32,000 nt of DNA from Synechococcus elongatus PCC 6301 (GTDB lineage: Bacteria > Cyanobacteriota > Cyanobacteriia > Synechococcales > Synechococcaceae): contig NC_006576.1 of the NCBI RefSeq assembly GCF_000010065.1, forward strand, positions 2,490,001-2,522,000. The letters are read 5' to 3'. Positions 8,088-17,333 of this stretch are shown piece after piece. Made by a program: the position numbers and the translations under genes. Position 1 is the first letter of the stretch. Every line of letters begins with the position of its first letter. The notes beneath the pieces were generated by a model, which saw only the letters and a program-made list of their open reading frames with translations, was not told the DNA's origin and ran no database searches.

Positions 8088-9272
8088 ATGCGCTACCGAC
8101 GCTTTGGCCGAACCGAGCTTGCCATGCCCGTGTTTTCCTGTGGGGGCATGCGCTACCAGCAGTCTTGGAAAGATGTGGACTGGCCGGAGATCTCGGTTGA
8201 GAGTCAAGCCAACCTAGAAGCGACTCTGGCGCGATCGCTAGAGTTGGGCATCAATCATATTGAGACAGCCCGCTATTACGGCAGCTCAGAACGGCAGCTC
8301 GGTAAAGCCCTAGCCGCCTATCCGCGATCGGAGATTATTCTGCAAACGAAGGTCCCCCCCAGCGAAGATCCGGCGGAATTTCTAGAGACCTTCGATCGCA
8401 GCATGAGCTTGCTGCAGACTGATTACGTCGACCTGCTGAGCATTCACGGCGTCAATAACGCAGAACTGCTGGATTGGGCGCTGCGCAAGGGCGGCTCTTT
8501 AGATGTGGCGGAACGACTGCAAGCAGAAGGACGGGTTCGCCACATCGGCTTTTCGACCCATGCACCGCTGCCAGTGATCCTAGAGGCAATCGCTAGCGAT
8601 CGCCTTAGTTATATCAATCTGCACTGGTACTACATCTTCCAGACCAATCAAGCCGCGCTAGAAGCTGCCCAAAAACACGACATGGGTGTGTTCATCATCA
8701 GCCCCTCTGATAAGGGCGGACACCTCTACTCACCGCCGCAAAAACTGGTCGATCTCTGCGAGCCACTGCACCCCATGGTCTTCAATGACCTCTTTTGCCT
8801 CAGCCAGCCCCAAATCCATACCCTCAGCATTGGTGCGGCGCGGCCCAGTGATTTTGATCGCCACTTGGAAACCTTGCCCTTGCTTGACCAAGCGGATCAG
8901 GTATTGCCGCCAATCTTGGAGCGCCTCGAAGCAGCTGCCACTGCTGCACTGGGGCAAGACTGGCTGGACACCTGGATGGTTGGCTTGCCCACCCCTGACA
9001 CCACCCCGGGGGAAATTAATATCCCGACGATTGTCTGGCTTTACAATCTTGTGCAAGCTTTCGACATGGTCAAATACGCCAAAGCTCGCTACAACTTGCT
9101 TGGTAATGGTGGCCACTGGTTTCCGGGGCAAAGGGCAGGACAGTTTGATCCAGTTGCACTCTCCGCAGCCCTCGATCAAAGCCCTCATCGCGATCGCATT
9201 CTCCAAATTCTCAAGGAAATGGATGCTTGGTTGGGGGGTGAGTCTGTCGTTCGACTCTCCCAAAGCAGCTGA
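8088..9272 (+). CDS. Aldo/keto reductase family oxidoreductase (long form, 394 aa)
   Basis: The N-terminus MRYRRFGRTELAMPVFSCGGM, INHIETARYYGSSERQLG (AKR catalytic Tyr region) and VDLLSIHGV are typical AKR motifs. Confidence 0.85.
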   Translation: MRYRRFGRTELAMPVFSCGGMRYQQSWKDVDWPEISVESQANLEATLARSLELGINHIETARYYGSSERQLGKALAAYPRSEIILQTKVPPSEDPAEFLETFDRSMSLLQTDYVDLLSIHGVNNAELLDWALRKGGSLDVAERLQAEGRVRHIGFSTHAPLPVILEAIASDRLSYINLHWYYIFQTNQAALEAAQKHDMGVFIISPSDKGGHLYSPPQKLVDLCEPLHPMVFNDLFCLSQPQIHTLSIGAARPSDFDRHLETLPLLDQADQVLPPILERLEAAATAALGQDWLDTWMVGLPTPDTTPGEINIPTIVWLYNLVQAFDMVKYAKARYNLLGNGGHWFPGQRAGQFDPVALSAALDQSPHRDRILQILKEMDAWLGGESVVRLSQSS

Positions 9273-9304
9273 TCCTTAAGACGATCCCCTGCGCGATCGC
9301 CCAG

Positions 9305-9334
9305 ACTTTAGGGAACTTTAAGGATACTTACAAC
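9305..9334 (+). promoter_or_regulatory. Three helical-phase direct repeats (ACTTTA-ACTTTA-ACTTACA) upstream of the sigma-factor gene; candidate OmpR-class (RpaB HLR1-like) box
   Basis: Read directly: gACTTTAgggaACTTTAaggatACTTACAacg, with repeat starts at 9305, 9315 and 9326 (spacing 10 and 11 bp), about 155-185 nt upstream of ATG 9488. Confidence 0.35.
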
Positions 9335-9487
9335 GTCCTGCTAGGCAGTGAAGCTTTTAAGGGTGCCTAGTCATGTCAGCTTGCGCCACTACAGCCAAGA
9401 AGCTCATTCCGGTTTTCCCTACCTAGTCAGTCAAACTCATAACGATTATGATTTGGCCATATTGCTCTCCCTTCCCTCTTCACCACC

Positions 9488-10450
9488 ATGTCTACCTCCT
9501 CCGCTCAATACAGTCCTGATTTAGTCCGTGCTTACCTGCAAGAAATTGGCCGGGTGCGGCTGCTGACCGCTGAAGAAGAGTTGTGCTTTGGCCGACAGGT
9601 TCAGCGCCTGATGATGCTCTTGGATGCTCAAACCGAGCTGCGCGATCGCTTGGGGCATGAGCCTAGCAAAGAAGAATGGGCTGCTGCTGTTGACCTGAAT
9701 CTCGAAGATCTCGATCGCCAAATTGAGCAAGGTCAGCGGGCGAAACGCAAAATGATTGAGGCCAACCTGCGCCTCGTTGTTTCGATCGCCAAGAAATACC
9801 AGAAGCGTCACATGGAATTCTTGGATCTCATCCAAGAAGGCACACTGGGGCTGGAGCGTGGTTTCGAAAAATTCGATCCCTCCAAAGGCTACAAGTTCTC
9901 TACCTACGCCTACTGGTGGATTCGCCAAGCTATTACCCGTGCGATCGCCCAACAATCCCGCACGATTCGTCTGCCTATTCACATCACTGAAAAGCTGAAC
10001 AAGCTCAAAAAAACCCAGCGCGAACTCTCGCAGCAATTGGGCCGCAGTGCCACAGCTTCAGAGCTGGCAGAAGTGCTGGAGCTGCCACTGGAGCAGGTGC
10101 GGGAATACATCCAAATGAACCGCCAGCCAGTATCGCTCGATGTCAAAGTAGGTGACAGCCAAGACACTGAATTGCAGGAACTGCTGGAAGACGAGCAGTC
10201 TTCGCCCTCAGATTACGTGGAACAAGAATCGCTACGCCGCGATCTACGCAATTTAATGGCAGAACTGACCCCCCAGCAACAGGCCGTGATTGCCCTGCGC
10301 TACGGCTTGGATGAAGGTGACAGTCTGTCGTTGGCCAAAGTCGGCGAACGCCTGAATATCAGCCGCGAACGCGTGCGGAAACTAGAGCGCCAAGCCATGG
10401 ATCACCTACGTCGCCGCAGTCGTCTTCTGGCGGAATACGCAGCTAGCTAG
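9488..10450 (+). CDS. rpoD2: Group 2 (RpoD-like, sigma-70 family) RNA polymerase sigma factor
   Basis: All sigma-70 regions are present: DLVRAYLQEIGRVRLLTAEEE (1.2), NLRLVVSIAKKY and LDLIQEGTLGLERGFEKFDPSKGYKFSTYAYWWIRQAITRAI (2.1-2.4), TIRLPIH (3), and LSLAKVGERLNISRERVRKLERQAM (4.2). The short N-terminus indicates group 2. The paralog number rpoD2 comes from my memory of the S. elongatus gene neighbourhood and is less certain than the family call. Confidence 0.9.
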   Translation: MSTSSAQYSPDLVRAYLQEIGRVRLLTAEEELCFGRQVQRLMMLLDAQTELRDRLGHEPSKEEWAAAVDLNLEDLDRQIEQGQRAKRKMIEANLRLVVSIAKKYQKRHMEFLDLIQEGTLGLERGFEKFDPSKGYKFSTYAYWWIRQAITRAIAQQSRTIRLPIHITEKLNKLKKTQRELSQQLGRSATASELAEVLELPLEQVREYIQMNRQPVSLDVKVGDSQDTELQELLEDEQSSPSDYVEQESLRRDLRNLMAELTPQQQAVIALRYGLDEGDSLSLAKVGERLNISRERVRKLERQAMDHLRRRSRLLAEYAAS

Positions 10451-10515
10451 GTTGTGGTGAGGGCGTGGCTCAACGACTGTCGCCGGCTGAGCCTGCTGGA
10501 ATCAAGACTCTGACT

Positions 10516-10547
10516 GCCCGAGGTTCACTCCCCTCGGGCTTTGTTTT
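10516..10547 (+). terminator. Rho-independent terminator downstream of the sigma-factor gene
   Basis: The stem pairs GCCCGAGG (10516-10523) with CCTCGGGC (10532-10539) around an 8-nt loop, followed by TTTGTTTT. Confidence 0.75.
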
Positions 10548-10639
10548 GGGGGAGTGATGGCGATGATTAGCAACTTGCATGTTCAGGTTTTGTCACAACC
10601 GCAAACTGGGATGGTTTAATGGGCTCAAGCTTGCAAAAA

Positions 10640-10653
10640 GTAGCAAATAATAC
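10640..10653. promoter_or_regulatory. Perfect NtcA-consensus-like palindrome GTA-N8-TAC immediately 5' of the HPP gene start
   Basis: GTAGCAAATAATAC was read directly. It lies only 3 nt upstream of ATG 10657, an atypical position for an NtcA activator site, and chance occurrence is plausible. Confidence 0.2.
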
Positions 10654-10656
10654 AAA

Positions 10657-11202
10657 ATGGCACCGCGATCGCTCAGACGGCTGCATTGGCATTGGGAGCA
10701 ACAACGATCGCAATCAGACCTGATTCAGCCCCGCTACTCTCGGCAACAAGTGCTGGCATCTTGGCTCGGAGCCCTCGTCGGTATTGGTCTTTTGGGCTGG
10801 TTGACCCAAGCGAGTGGCTACCCTTTGGTAGCAGCTCCCATGGGTGCGACCTCGGTGTTGCTGTTCGGCTTACCCAATAGTCCTTTGGCGCAGCCGCGCA
10901 ATGTCATTTTGGGCAATGGGCTCGGTGCTCTAATTGCTGTTCTGTGTGTGTTGCTCTTGGGTGCTAACCCTTGGAGCATGGGCTTTGCTGTCGGTGTCAC
11001 GATCGCTCTCACCCAATTGTTGCGCTGTGTCCATCCTCCGGCGGGTGCAGTTGCTCTCCTCGGAGTGATTGTCAAAGCGAAGTGGGCTTACATCCTGCTG
11101 CCTGTTTTGAGCGGATCGATTCTCCTGTGCGTGATTACGGCGCTCTATAGTCGCTGGGCACCCGATCGCCATCATCGCCGCTATCCTGTGCACTGGCTCT
11201 AG
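10657..11202 (+). CDS. HPP-family integral membrane protein (family includes nitrite transporters)
   Basis: The eponymous motif CVHPPAGAVALLG is present in a polytopic hydrophobic 181-aa protein. Confidence 0.8.
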   Translation: MAPRSLRRLHWHWEQQRSQSDLIQPRYSRQQVLASWLGALVGIGLLGWLTQASGYPLVAAPMGATSVLLFGLPNSPLAQPRNVILGNGLGALIAVLCVLLLGANPWSMGFAVGVTIALTQLLRCVHPPAGAVALLGVIVKAKWAYILLPVLSGSILLCVITALYSRWAPDRHHRRYPVHWL

Positions 11203-11216
11203 CTAATCGACGTTCT

Positions 11217-11627
11217 TTAATCGGCAGTGATCTGCAACCAGTCCTGAAGTCGTTCGGGCAAGGGCGATCGCTGTCTTGTTTGGCTTTCTAGGCAAAGGTG
11301 AATGGTTTGGGCTGTGGCCACTGGCTGATGGTTGTGGCTGAGACGATAATCAACCCGAAAGCGATCGCGACCCAAAGCGGTAGCCTGTAACTCAATCTCT
11401 AGGCGATCGCCACAGTAGGTCGGACGTTGGTAGTCGATTTCGGCGTGCACAATTGGGAGGATGACCGATCCGCGATCGCTAAAGAAGCTACGAAGCTCAA
11501 TCCCTAGTGCTGCGATCGCGGCTTCGTAGGCTTCGTGGCAAATCGACAGCAGTTGGGCAAAGTAGACCACGCCTGCAGCATCCGTATCTCCAAAGCGAAT
11601 CACGCGTTGAAACTGATAGTCTGCCAC
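11217..11627 (-). CDS. Hotdog-fold (4HBT-type) acyl-CoA thioesterase, likely 1,4-dihydroxy-2-naphthoyl-CoA hydrolase-like
   Basis: MADYQFQRVIRFGDTDAAGVVYFAQLL... carries the 4HBT catalytic Asp context (F.DTD..G.VY). The size of 136 aa is typical. The assignment to phylloquinone DHNA-CoA hydrolysis is by family resemblance only. Confidence 0.75.
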   Translation of the reverse strand: MADYQFQRVIRFGDTDAAGVVYFAQLLSICHEAYEAAIAALGIELRSFFSDRGSVILPIVHAEIDYQRPTYCGDRLEIELQATALGRDRFRVDYRLSHNHQPVATAQTIHLCLESQTRQRSPLPERLQDWLQITAD

Positions 11628-11687
11628 GGCTCTAGCCTCTGCCAGTTAGTGATAGCAGCCATTGTTTTAGTCGCGACAGGCTCAAGG

Positions 11688-11714
11688 GAAGAAACAAGAG
11701 GCTTAAGCCCCTTG
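11688..11714 (-). terminator. Candidate intrinsic terminator after ndhH
   Basis: The minus-strand RNA would read CAAGGGGC-UUAA-GCCUCUUG (8-bp stem, 1 mismatch) followed by UUUCUU. It lies 60 nt downstream of the ndhH stop. Confidence 0.45.
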
Positions 11715-11773
11715 TCCTAACCCGCTCTGTCGCTACCCTTGTCAGACAGCGAAGAATCGCAGCCAAGCCGTTG

Positions 11774-12958
11774 TTAGCGATCGACGGAACCCATAATCAC
11801 GTCGATACTGCCGAGAATCGCCATAATGTCAGCGACTTTCACGCCTTGCAGCAACTGCGGCAAGATCTGCAGATTGTTGAAGTCAGGGGCGCGGATTTTG
11901 AAGCGCCACGGGCAGATGTCATCCGCCCCTTGGATAAAGACGCCCAGTTCCCCTTTGCCACTTTCCAGACGCACATAGTGCTCGCCTGCTGGAATCTTGA
12001 AGGTCGGCGCGACTTTTTTGCTGACGTACTGGTAGTCAGGGCCGTACCATTCCGACTTCTTGCCCTCGGCCATTCGCCGCGCTTCGAGATTCTCGTAGGG
12101 GCCGCCGGGAATTCCAGCGCAAGCCTGACGGATGATCTTCAGCGACTCGCGCATCTCTTGAACGCGCACCCGGTAGCGGGCAAAGCAATCACCCTCCTCC
12201 GCGGTGATCACGTCCCAATCAAAGTCGTCGTAGCACTCGTAATGATCGACACGGCGTAGATCCCACTTGACGCCGGAGCCGCGCAGCATTGGGCCGGACA
12301 GACTCCAGTTCAGCGCTTCTTCCCGGCTAATCACGCCAATACCTTCAACCCGCCGACGGAAGATTGGGTTATCGGTAATCAGCCGTTCGTACTCATCCAC
12401 CTTGGCTTGGAAGTAATCGCAGAAATCGATGCACTTTTCGAGCCAACCGTAGGGTAGGTCAGCAGCAACCCCACCAATGCGGAAGTAGTTGTTGTTGATT
12501 AAGCGCTGACCTGTGGCAGCTTCCCAGAGATCGTAGATTAGTTCCCGCTCGCGGAAGATATAGAAGAACGGCGTTTGAGCGCCGACGTCCGCCAAGAAGG
12601 GGCCTAACCAGAGCAAGTGGTTGGCAATCCGGTTTAGCTCCAGCATGATCACCCGGATGTAGCTCGCCCGCTTAGGAACGGGAATATTGGCGAGCTTTTC
12701 GGGGGCATTGACCGTGATGGCTTCGTTGAACATGCCCGCCGCATAGTCCCAGCGGCTGACGTAGGGCACGAACATCACATTGGAGCGGTTCTCAGCAATT
12801 TTCTCCATGCCGCGATGGAGATAGCCAATGACTGGCTCACAGTCGATGACGTTTTCGCCATCCAGCGTGACAATCAAGCGTAAAACCCCGTGCATTGACG
12901 GGTGATGCGGGCCCATGTTGAGCACCATTGGCTCGGTGCGGGTCTCCAGCAAAGCCAT
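11774..12958 (-). CDS. ndhH: NAD(P)H-quinone oxidoreductase (NDH-1) subunit H
   Basis: [35 protein letters not shown]..., ending ...[12 protein letters not shown], is unmistakably NdhH/NuoD. The ATG at complement 12956-12958 gives the canonical 394 aa. The track ORF is extended 8 codons to a GTG. Confidence 0.95.
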
Positions 12959-13150
12959 GCGGCGATCGCTCCTAATCGTCACTTCTCTGAATTATAGGTG
13001 GCGAGCTGATTGGCTCTGCTTTCAGCCAACTGAAATTCAGCCCTAATAGCATTTGGATTCCTGAACCTAGGGATTGAAAATCCGTCATTTCACCCTAATC
13101 GGGGCCTGATGGATTGATCGAATCTTGGCTCCTGGGGTGTTCTCTCTTGG

Positions 13151-13180
13151 CCACAAAAAAGCCTCCCGTTATGGGAGGCT
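13151..13180 (-). terminator. Rho-independent terminator of gap2
   Basis: The stem pairs GCCTCCC (13161-13167) with GGGAGGC (13173-13179) around a 5-nt loop. On the minus strand it is followed by a U-run (complement of the A-run 13155-13160), 37 nt downstream of the gap2 stop. Confidence 0.75.
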
Positions 13181-13216
13181 ATCTTGACTAGAAATTAAGA
13201 GGGTTTGAACAAAGTC

Positions 13217-14236
13217 CTAAGCGGCCCATTTGCGAGCGGCCAGTTCAGCCAAGTCGACAACTCGTTGGCTGTAGCCCCACTCGTTGTCGTACCAAGCAAT
13301 TACTTTGACGAGATCGCCATCCATTACCAAGGTCAGGCTGGAGTCAACGATCGAAGACTCGTCAGTACCCCGGAAGTCGGAAGAGACCAAGGGCAGATCC
13401 GAGTACTTGATGATGCCCTTCATCGTCGTTTGAGAAGCTTTTTGCAGGACTTCATTGACCTGCTCAGTGATCGTCGGTTTCTCGACTTGAACCACCAAGT
13501 CAACGACAGACACGTTTGGCGTAGGAACGCGCAGCGCAATCCCGTTTAGTTTGCCTTTCAGCTCGGGGATCACCAAAGCAACGGCTTTAGCAGCGCCGGT
13601 CGTGGTGGGAACGATGTTAACGGCTGCAGCCCGAGCCCGACGTAGATCACGGTGGCTGGCGTCCAAGATGCGCTGGTCCAGCGTGTAGCTGTGGGTGGTG
13701 GTCATCGTGCCTTTGATGATGCCAAAGTTGTCATGCAGAACTTTGGCGACCGGTGCTAAGCAGTTGGTGGTGCAGCTTGCATTGCTGATGACTGCGAAGT
13801 CTTCGTGGCGGTATTCCGAATCGTTGACACCGATGACGTAGGTGCCGACACCTTCGCCTTTACCAGGAGCCGTGATCGGAACTTTCTTGGCCCCGGCTTG
13901 GATGTGCTTGGATGCGCCTTCAGCGGTGACGAACACACCTGTAGATTCAATGACGAGATCGATATCCCACTCTTTCCAAGGCAGGTTGAGGGGGTTGCGA
14001 TCGCAGACGATTTTCATCGTCTTGCCGTTGACGGTGATCGAATTTTCGTCGTAGCTGATGTCGGCGTTGAACCGGCCGAGAACAGAGTCGTACTCCAGCA
14101 GGTGAGCAGCCGTCCGTGCATCCGAGGTGTTGTTAATGGCCACAACCTCTAGATCGGTGTTCTGCCGTCCAAACCAGCAACGGAGAAAATTCCGGCCAAT
14201 ACGGCCAAAGCCATTGATCGCAACTCGAATCGTCAC
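13217..14236 (-). CDS. gap2: Glyceraldehyde-3-phosphate dehydrogenase, Calvin-cycle NAD(P)-dependent type
   Basis: [17 protein letters not shown], the active site [12 protein letters not shown] and WYDNEWGYS are present. The overall sequence is GapA/Gap2-like. The start codon is GTG. Confidence 0.95.
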   Translation of the reverse strand: MTIRVAINGFGRIGRNFLRCWFGRQNTDLEVVAINNTSDARTAAHLLEYDSVLGRFNADISYDENSITVNGKTMKIVCDRNPLNLPWKEWDIDLVIESTGVFVTAEGASKHIQAGAKKVPITAPGKGEGVGTYVIGVNDSEYRHEDFAVISNASCTTNCLAPVAKVLHDNFGIIKGTMTTTHSYTLDQRILDASHRDLRRARAAAVNIVPTTTGAAKAVALVIPELKGKLNGIALRVPTPNVSVVDLVVQVEKPTITEQVNEVLQKASQTTMKGIIKYSDLPLVSSDFRGTDESSIVDSSLTLVMDGDLVKVIAWYDNEWGYSQRVVDLAELAARKWAA

Positions 14237-14514
14237 TGCCCTATACCCTCGTACGTGCGTTCAGGTGTAAATACCTATTAAGCTTCATGATCATACTGCA
14301 TTGAGACTCGCTCTTTCTGCTCGATCGTGGGGAAGAATGCTAAGCTAAGCCGCCGCCTGTGGTGGCATGAGGGTGGAACCACGATCAGATCTGTCCTCCC
14401 CGATTAGCTTGGGGAAAACAGTAAAAACGTGGGTTCAGATCACGGCTTGTTTGTCAGAGCTTGCTATGATATCGCCGGATTTGAGTCCCTTGGTGTGGAC
14501 GTGAGGGTTGACGG

Positions 14515-15951
14515 ATGACGATCGCGGTAGACCTACAGGGGCGCCCCTTTCACTTCATCGGAATCGGGGGCATTGGCATGTCGGCTCTTGCTCAAGTGGT
14601 GACCGAACGACAACTGCCAGTTTCTGGCTCTGATATTCGCCGCAGTCACATCACCGATCGCCTCGCCCAGTTGGGCGCTCAGATCTTCGATCGCCAGGCA
14701 GCCACCAACCTAGAGTTTTTTCAGGAAGCGGTTTCGGCAGGCCAGTCGCCCCAGGTGATTTGTTCAACGGCCATCCACGCCCATAACGAGGAGTATCAGG
14801 CAGCAATCGATCTGGGCTGTCCGGTCTTCCACCGCTCTGATTTATTGGCAGCACTACTGCGGGTTTACGAGAGCATTGCGGTTGCCGGTACCCACGGCAA
14901 AACAACCACCAGCGGTTTGATTGCCTATCTGCTCTACCAAGCCGGACTGGATCCGACCGTCGTCATTGGCGGCGAAGTCAACGCTTTGGGGGGTAATGCT
15001 CGCTTGGGCCAAGGCCGTCATCTAGTCGCTGAAGCTGACGAATCGGATGGTTCTCTGGTCAAGCTGCAAGCCGCGATCGGGATCATTACGAACATTGAGC
15101 TCGATCACCCGGATCACTACTGCGATCTGGAAGCGGTGATCAGTACTTTTAAGACTTTTTCGGACAATTGTTCCCAACTGATTGCCAATTGGGACTGCCC
15201 TACCGTTCGCGATCGCCTGCCCGGCACGATTAGCTACAGCCTCGACCCTGCCCGGGGTGCAGACTACACCGTCGATCAAGTCAGCTTTCGGGGGAGTGGC
15301 ACCCAAGCACGGATTTGGGAGCGAGGTGAACTATTGGGACGGATTCACCTGCCGCTGCTGGAAGCGCATAACCTCAGTAATGCTCTGGCTGCGATCGCGG
15401 CTTGCCGCCATCTCGGAATGGACTTTGCCAGCATTCGCGAAGGGCTAGCAGGTTTTGAAGGGGCACGGCGTCGCTTTGAGTTCCGGGGATCGGCCCAAGG
15501 CATCCAGTTTGTTGATGACTATGCCCACCACCCCAGTGAACTGGCAGCAACCCTAGCGGCAGCGCGGTTGCAGATCGATTCGGGCTGTAGTCGGCTGCCC
15601 GAAGTGCCCAAGCGCTTGGTGGCTATTTTTCAACCCCATCGCTATAGCCGCACCCAAGCATTTTTGGCCGAGTTTGCCCAGAGTTTTGGCCCAGCTGACC
15701 TCGTGCTAATCAGTGATATCTATGCAGCGGGTGAGCGCAATCCGGGGCAGTTGAGCGGTCAAACTCTCGCCGATGCGATCGCTCAGTACCAGGCCAATGT
15801 GCACTATGCACCGGATCTGGAAGCTGTGGAGCAACGGCTGCATCAACTGCTGCAACCTGGTGATTTGGCCCTCTTTCTGGGTGCAGGCAACCTCAATCAA
15901 GTGATCCCGAGATTGCTGGACCATTACGCTTGCGATCGCTCGGCAGCCTGA
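14515..15951 (+). CDS. murC: UDP-N-acetylmuramate--L-alanine ligase
   Basis: FHFIGIGGIGMSALAQV, the ATP-binding P-loop VAGTHGKTTTS, DDYAHHPSE and a Mur ligase C-terminal domain are present. Confidence 0.95.
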   Translation: MTIAVDLQGRPFHFIGIGGIGMSALAQVVTERQLPVSGSDIRRSHITDRLAQLGAQIFDRQAATNLEFFQEAVSAGQSPQVICSTAIHAHNEEYQAAIDLGCPVFHRSDLLAALLRVYESIAVAGTHGKTTTSGLIAYLLYQAGLDPTVVIGGEVNALGGNARLGQGRHLVAEADESDGSLVKLQAAIGIITNIELDHPDHYCDLEAVISTFKTFSDNCSQLIANWDCPTVRDRLPGTISYSLDPARGADYTVDQVSFRGSGTQARIWERGELLGRIHLPLLEAHNLSNALAAIAACRHLGMDFASIREGLAGFEGARRRFEFRGSAQGIQFVDDYAHHPSELAATLAAARLQIDSGCSRLPEVPKRLVAIFQPHRYSRTQAFLAEFAQSFGPADLVLISDIYAAGERNPGQLSGQTLADAIAQYQANVHYAPDLEAVEQRLHQLLQPGDLALFLGAGNLNQVIPRLLDHYACDRSAA

Positions 15952-15961
15952 GGGCGCGATC

Positions 15962-16867
15962 GTGACTGGCGCGGTTTCGCTGCTAGAGACCCTGCAGCAA
16001 GCGGTCCCCTTGGCTGGGTTCACCTCTTTCCGAGTGGGGGGCCTGGCTCAGTTCTATGACGAGCCTGCTTCGGTTGAGGCGATCGCGACAGCTTGGCAGT
16101 GGGCAAGATTGGCGGACTTCCCAGTCACCTTTTTGGGGGCTGGTTCCAATCTGTTGATCAGCGATCGCGGGTTGCCGGGACTCGTGCTGAATCTGCGGCG
16201 ACTACAGGGCGCGACCTTTGATCTGGCGACCGGCTGCGTTGAGGTTGCTGCGGGAGAGCCGATTCCCCGTCTCGCTTGGGCCGCTGCTCGTCAAGGCTGG
16301 TCGGGTTTGGAATGGGCGGTAGGGATTCCCGGCACTTTGGGCGGGGCTGTCGTTATGAATGCCGGGGCGCAGGGTGGTTGTATGGCCGATATCCTCCAAT
16401 CCGTCCAGGTGATCACGGATCAAGGCCTTGAAACTTGGTCACGCGAGCAATTGCAGTACGACTATCGCCATTCAGTGTTGCAAACAGGTCATGCCTGTGT
16501 GGTTTCGGCCCAATTGCAGTTGCAGCCAGGCTTTGAGCGATCGCAGGTGCTGACGACTACCAGCACGAACTTCCGCCAGCGCAAGCGCACTCAGCCCTAC
16601 CATTTGCCCAATTGTGGCAGTGTCTTTCGCAATCCTGAGCCTCAGAAAGCGGGACAACTAATTGAAGCTTGTGGATTGAAAGGCTATCAAATTGGCGATG
16701 CGCAGGTCTCAGAATTACATGCCAATTTCATTCTGAATTGTGGTGCGGCGCGGGCTCAAGATATCTTGAGTTTAATTCGCCATGTTCAGGGAACTGTCGG
16801 CGATCACTTTGGTGTGAACTTGCATCCCGAAGTGAAATTGCTGGGTGAGTTTCAGGACGTTATCTGA
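15962..16867 (+). CDS. murB: UDP-N-acetylenolpyruvoylglucosamine reductase
   Basis: The FAD-binding domain has [10 protein letters not shown] and LGAGSNLL. The C-terminus has GSVFRNP and HANFILN, typical of MurB. The GTG start lies 10 nt after murC. Confidence 0.95.
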   Translation: MTGAVSLLETLQQAVPLAGFTSFRVGGLAQFYDEPASVEAIATAWQWARLADFPVTFLGAGSNLLISDRGLPGLVLNLRRLQGATFDLATGCVEVAAGEPIPRLAWAAARQGWSGLEWAVGIPGTLGGAVVMNAGAQGGCMADILQSVQVITDQGLETWSREQLQYDYRHSVLQTGHACVVSAQLQLQPGFERSQVLTTTSTNFRQRKRTQPYHLPNCGSVFRNPEPQKAGQLIEACGLKGYQIGDAQVSELHANFILNCGAARAQDILSLIRHVQGTVGDHFGVNLHPEVKLLGEFQDVI

Positions 16868-16907
16868 CTCGAATCGCGATCGCTCAACTCCTCTCGCTCT
16901 ATTGCGC

Positions 16908-17333
16908 TCAAGTTTGGGGAATGGTTGCAATTAACGGACAGATTTCTGACTTCGTTACCGTTTGAGGGGTGGGCGTCTGCTGCCAGCGATCGCGATAGGA
17001 TTCGAGCTGCGCCTTAAAGGTCTGAATCTGCTGGAGCTTCTCTTCTAGGGTGGCGATCTTTTGATTGAGCAATGTCTGCACGAGGCTGCAGGGAGGCGTG
17101 CCTTCGGCATAGACCGTTAAAATCTGCCGAATTTCCTCCAGCGAAAATCCTAAAGTCTGTGCCTGACGAATAAATTGCAGCTGCTGAATGGTTTGGGGCT
17201 TGTAATAGCGATAGCCATTTTCACCCCGCGTGCTGGGTTGAATCAGTTGCAGAGTTTCGTAATAGCGAATCGTGCCAACGGCGACACCGACTTGTTTGGC
17301 AATTTCACCAATTTTGAGCAGTGTAGCGGTCAA
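16908..17333 (-). CDS. MerR-family transcriptional regulator
   Basis: The N-terminal HTH LKIGEIAKQVGVAVGTIRYYETLQLIQPSTRGENGYRYY is the MerR signature, and a coiled-coil dimerisation helix follows. Cys residues lie at about 82 (PPCSLV) and about 133 (EICPL). The TTG start has an AAGGAC Shine-Dalgarno about 10 nt upstream. Confidence 0.85.
   Translation of the reverse strand: MTATLLKIGEIAKQVGVAVGTIRYYETLQLIQPSTRGENGYRYYKPQTIQQLQFIRQAQTLGFSLEEIRQILTVYAEGTPPCSLVQTLLNQKIATLEEKLQQIQTFKAQLESYRDRWQQTPTPQTVTKSEICPLIATIPQT

Noticed and set aside
11771-12259. Long antisense or out-of-frame ORFs lie opposite or within confident genes. Examples are 11771-12259 (vs ndhH), 5325-5849 (vs the HEAT protein), 3621-4175 (vs the SSF transporter), 7698-8207, 8730-9263, 9521-10036, 19034-19576, 26148-26708 and 30714-31280.
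   Set aside because: These are typical shadow ORFs of GC-rich coding DNA, with Arg/Gly/Pro-rich and low-complexity translations and no recognisable motifs. Each is fully covered by a gene with strong family signatures on the other strand or frame.
14237-14514. The gap2-murC divergent region holds AAGCTAA / TTAGCTT inverted 7-mers and a CCCC-N9-GGGG hairpin (about 14340-14420), considered as a possible riboswitch or sRNA.
   Set aside because: The arms are short and widely spaced, I could not match them to any RNA family I know, and the region must already hold two divergent promoters. The evidence is insufficient without transcript data.
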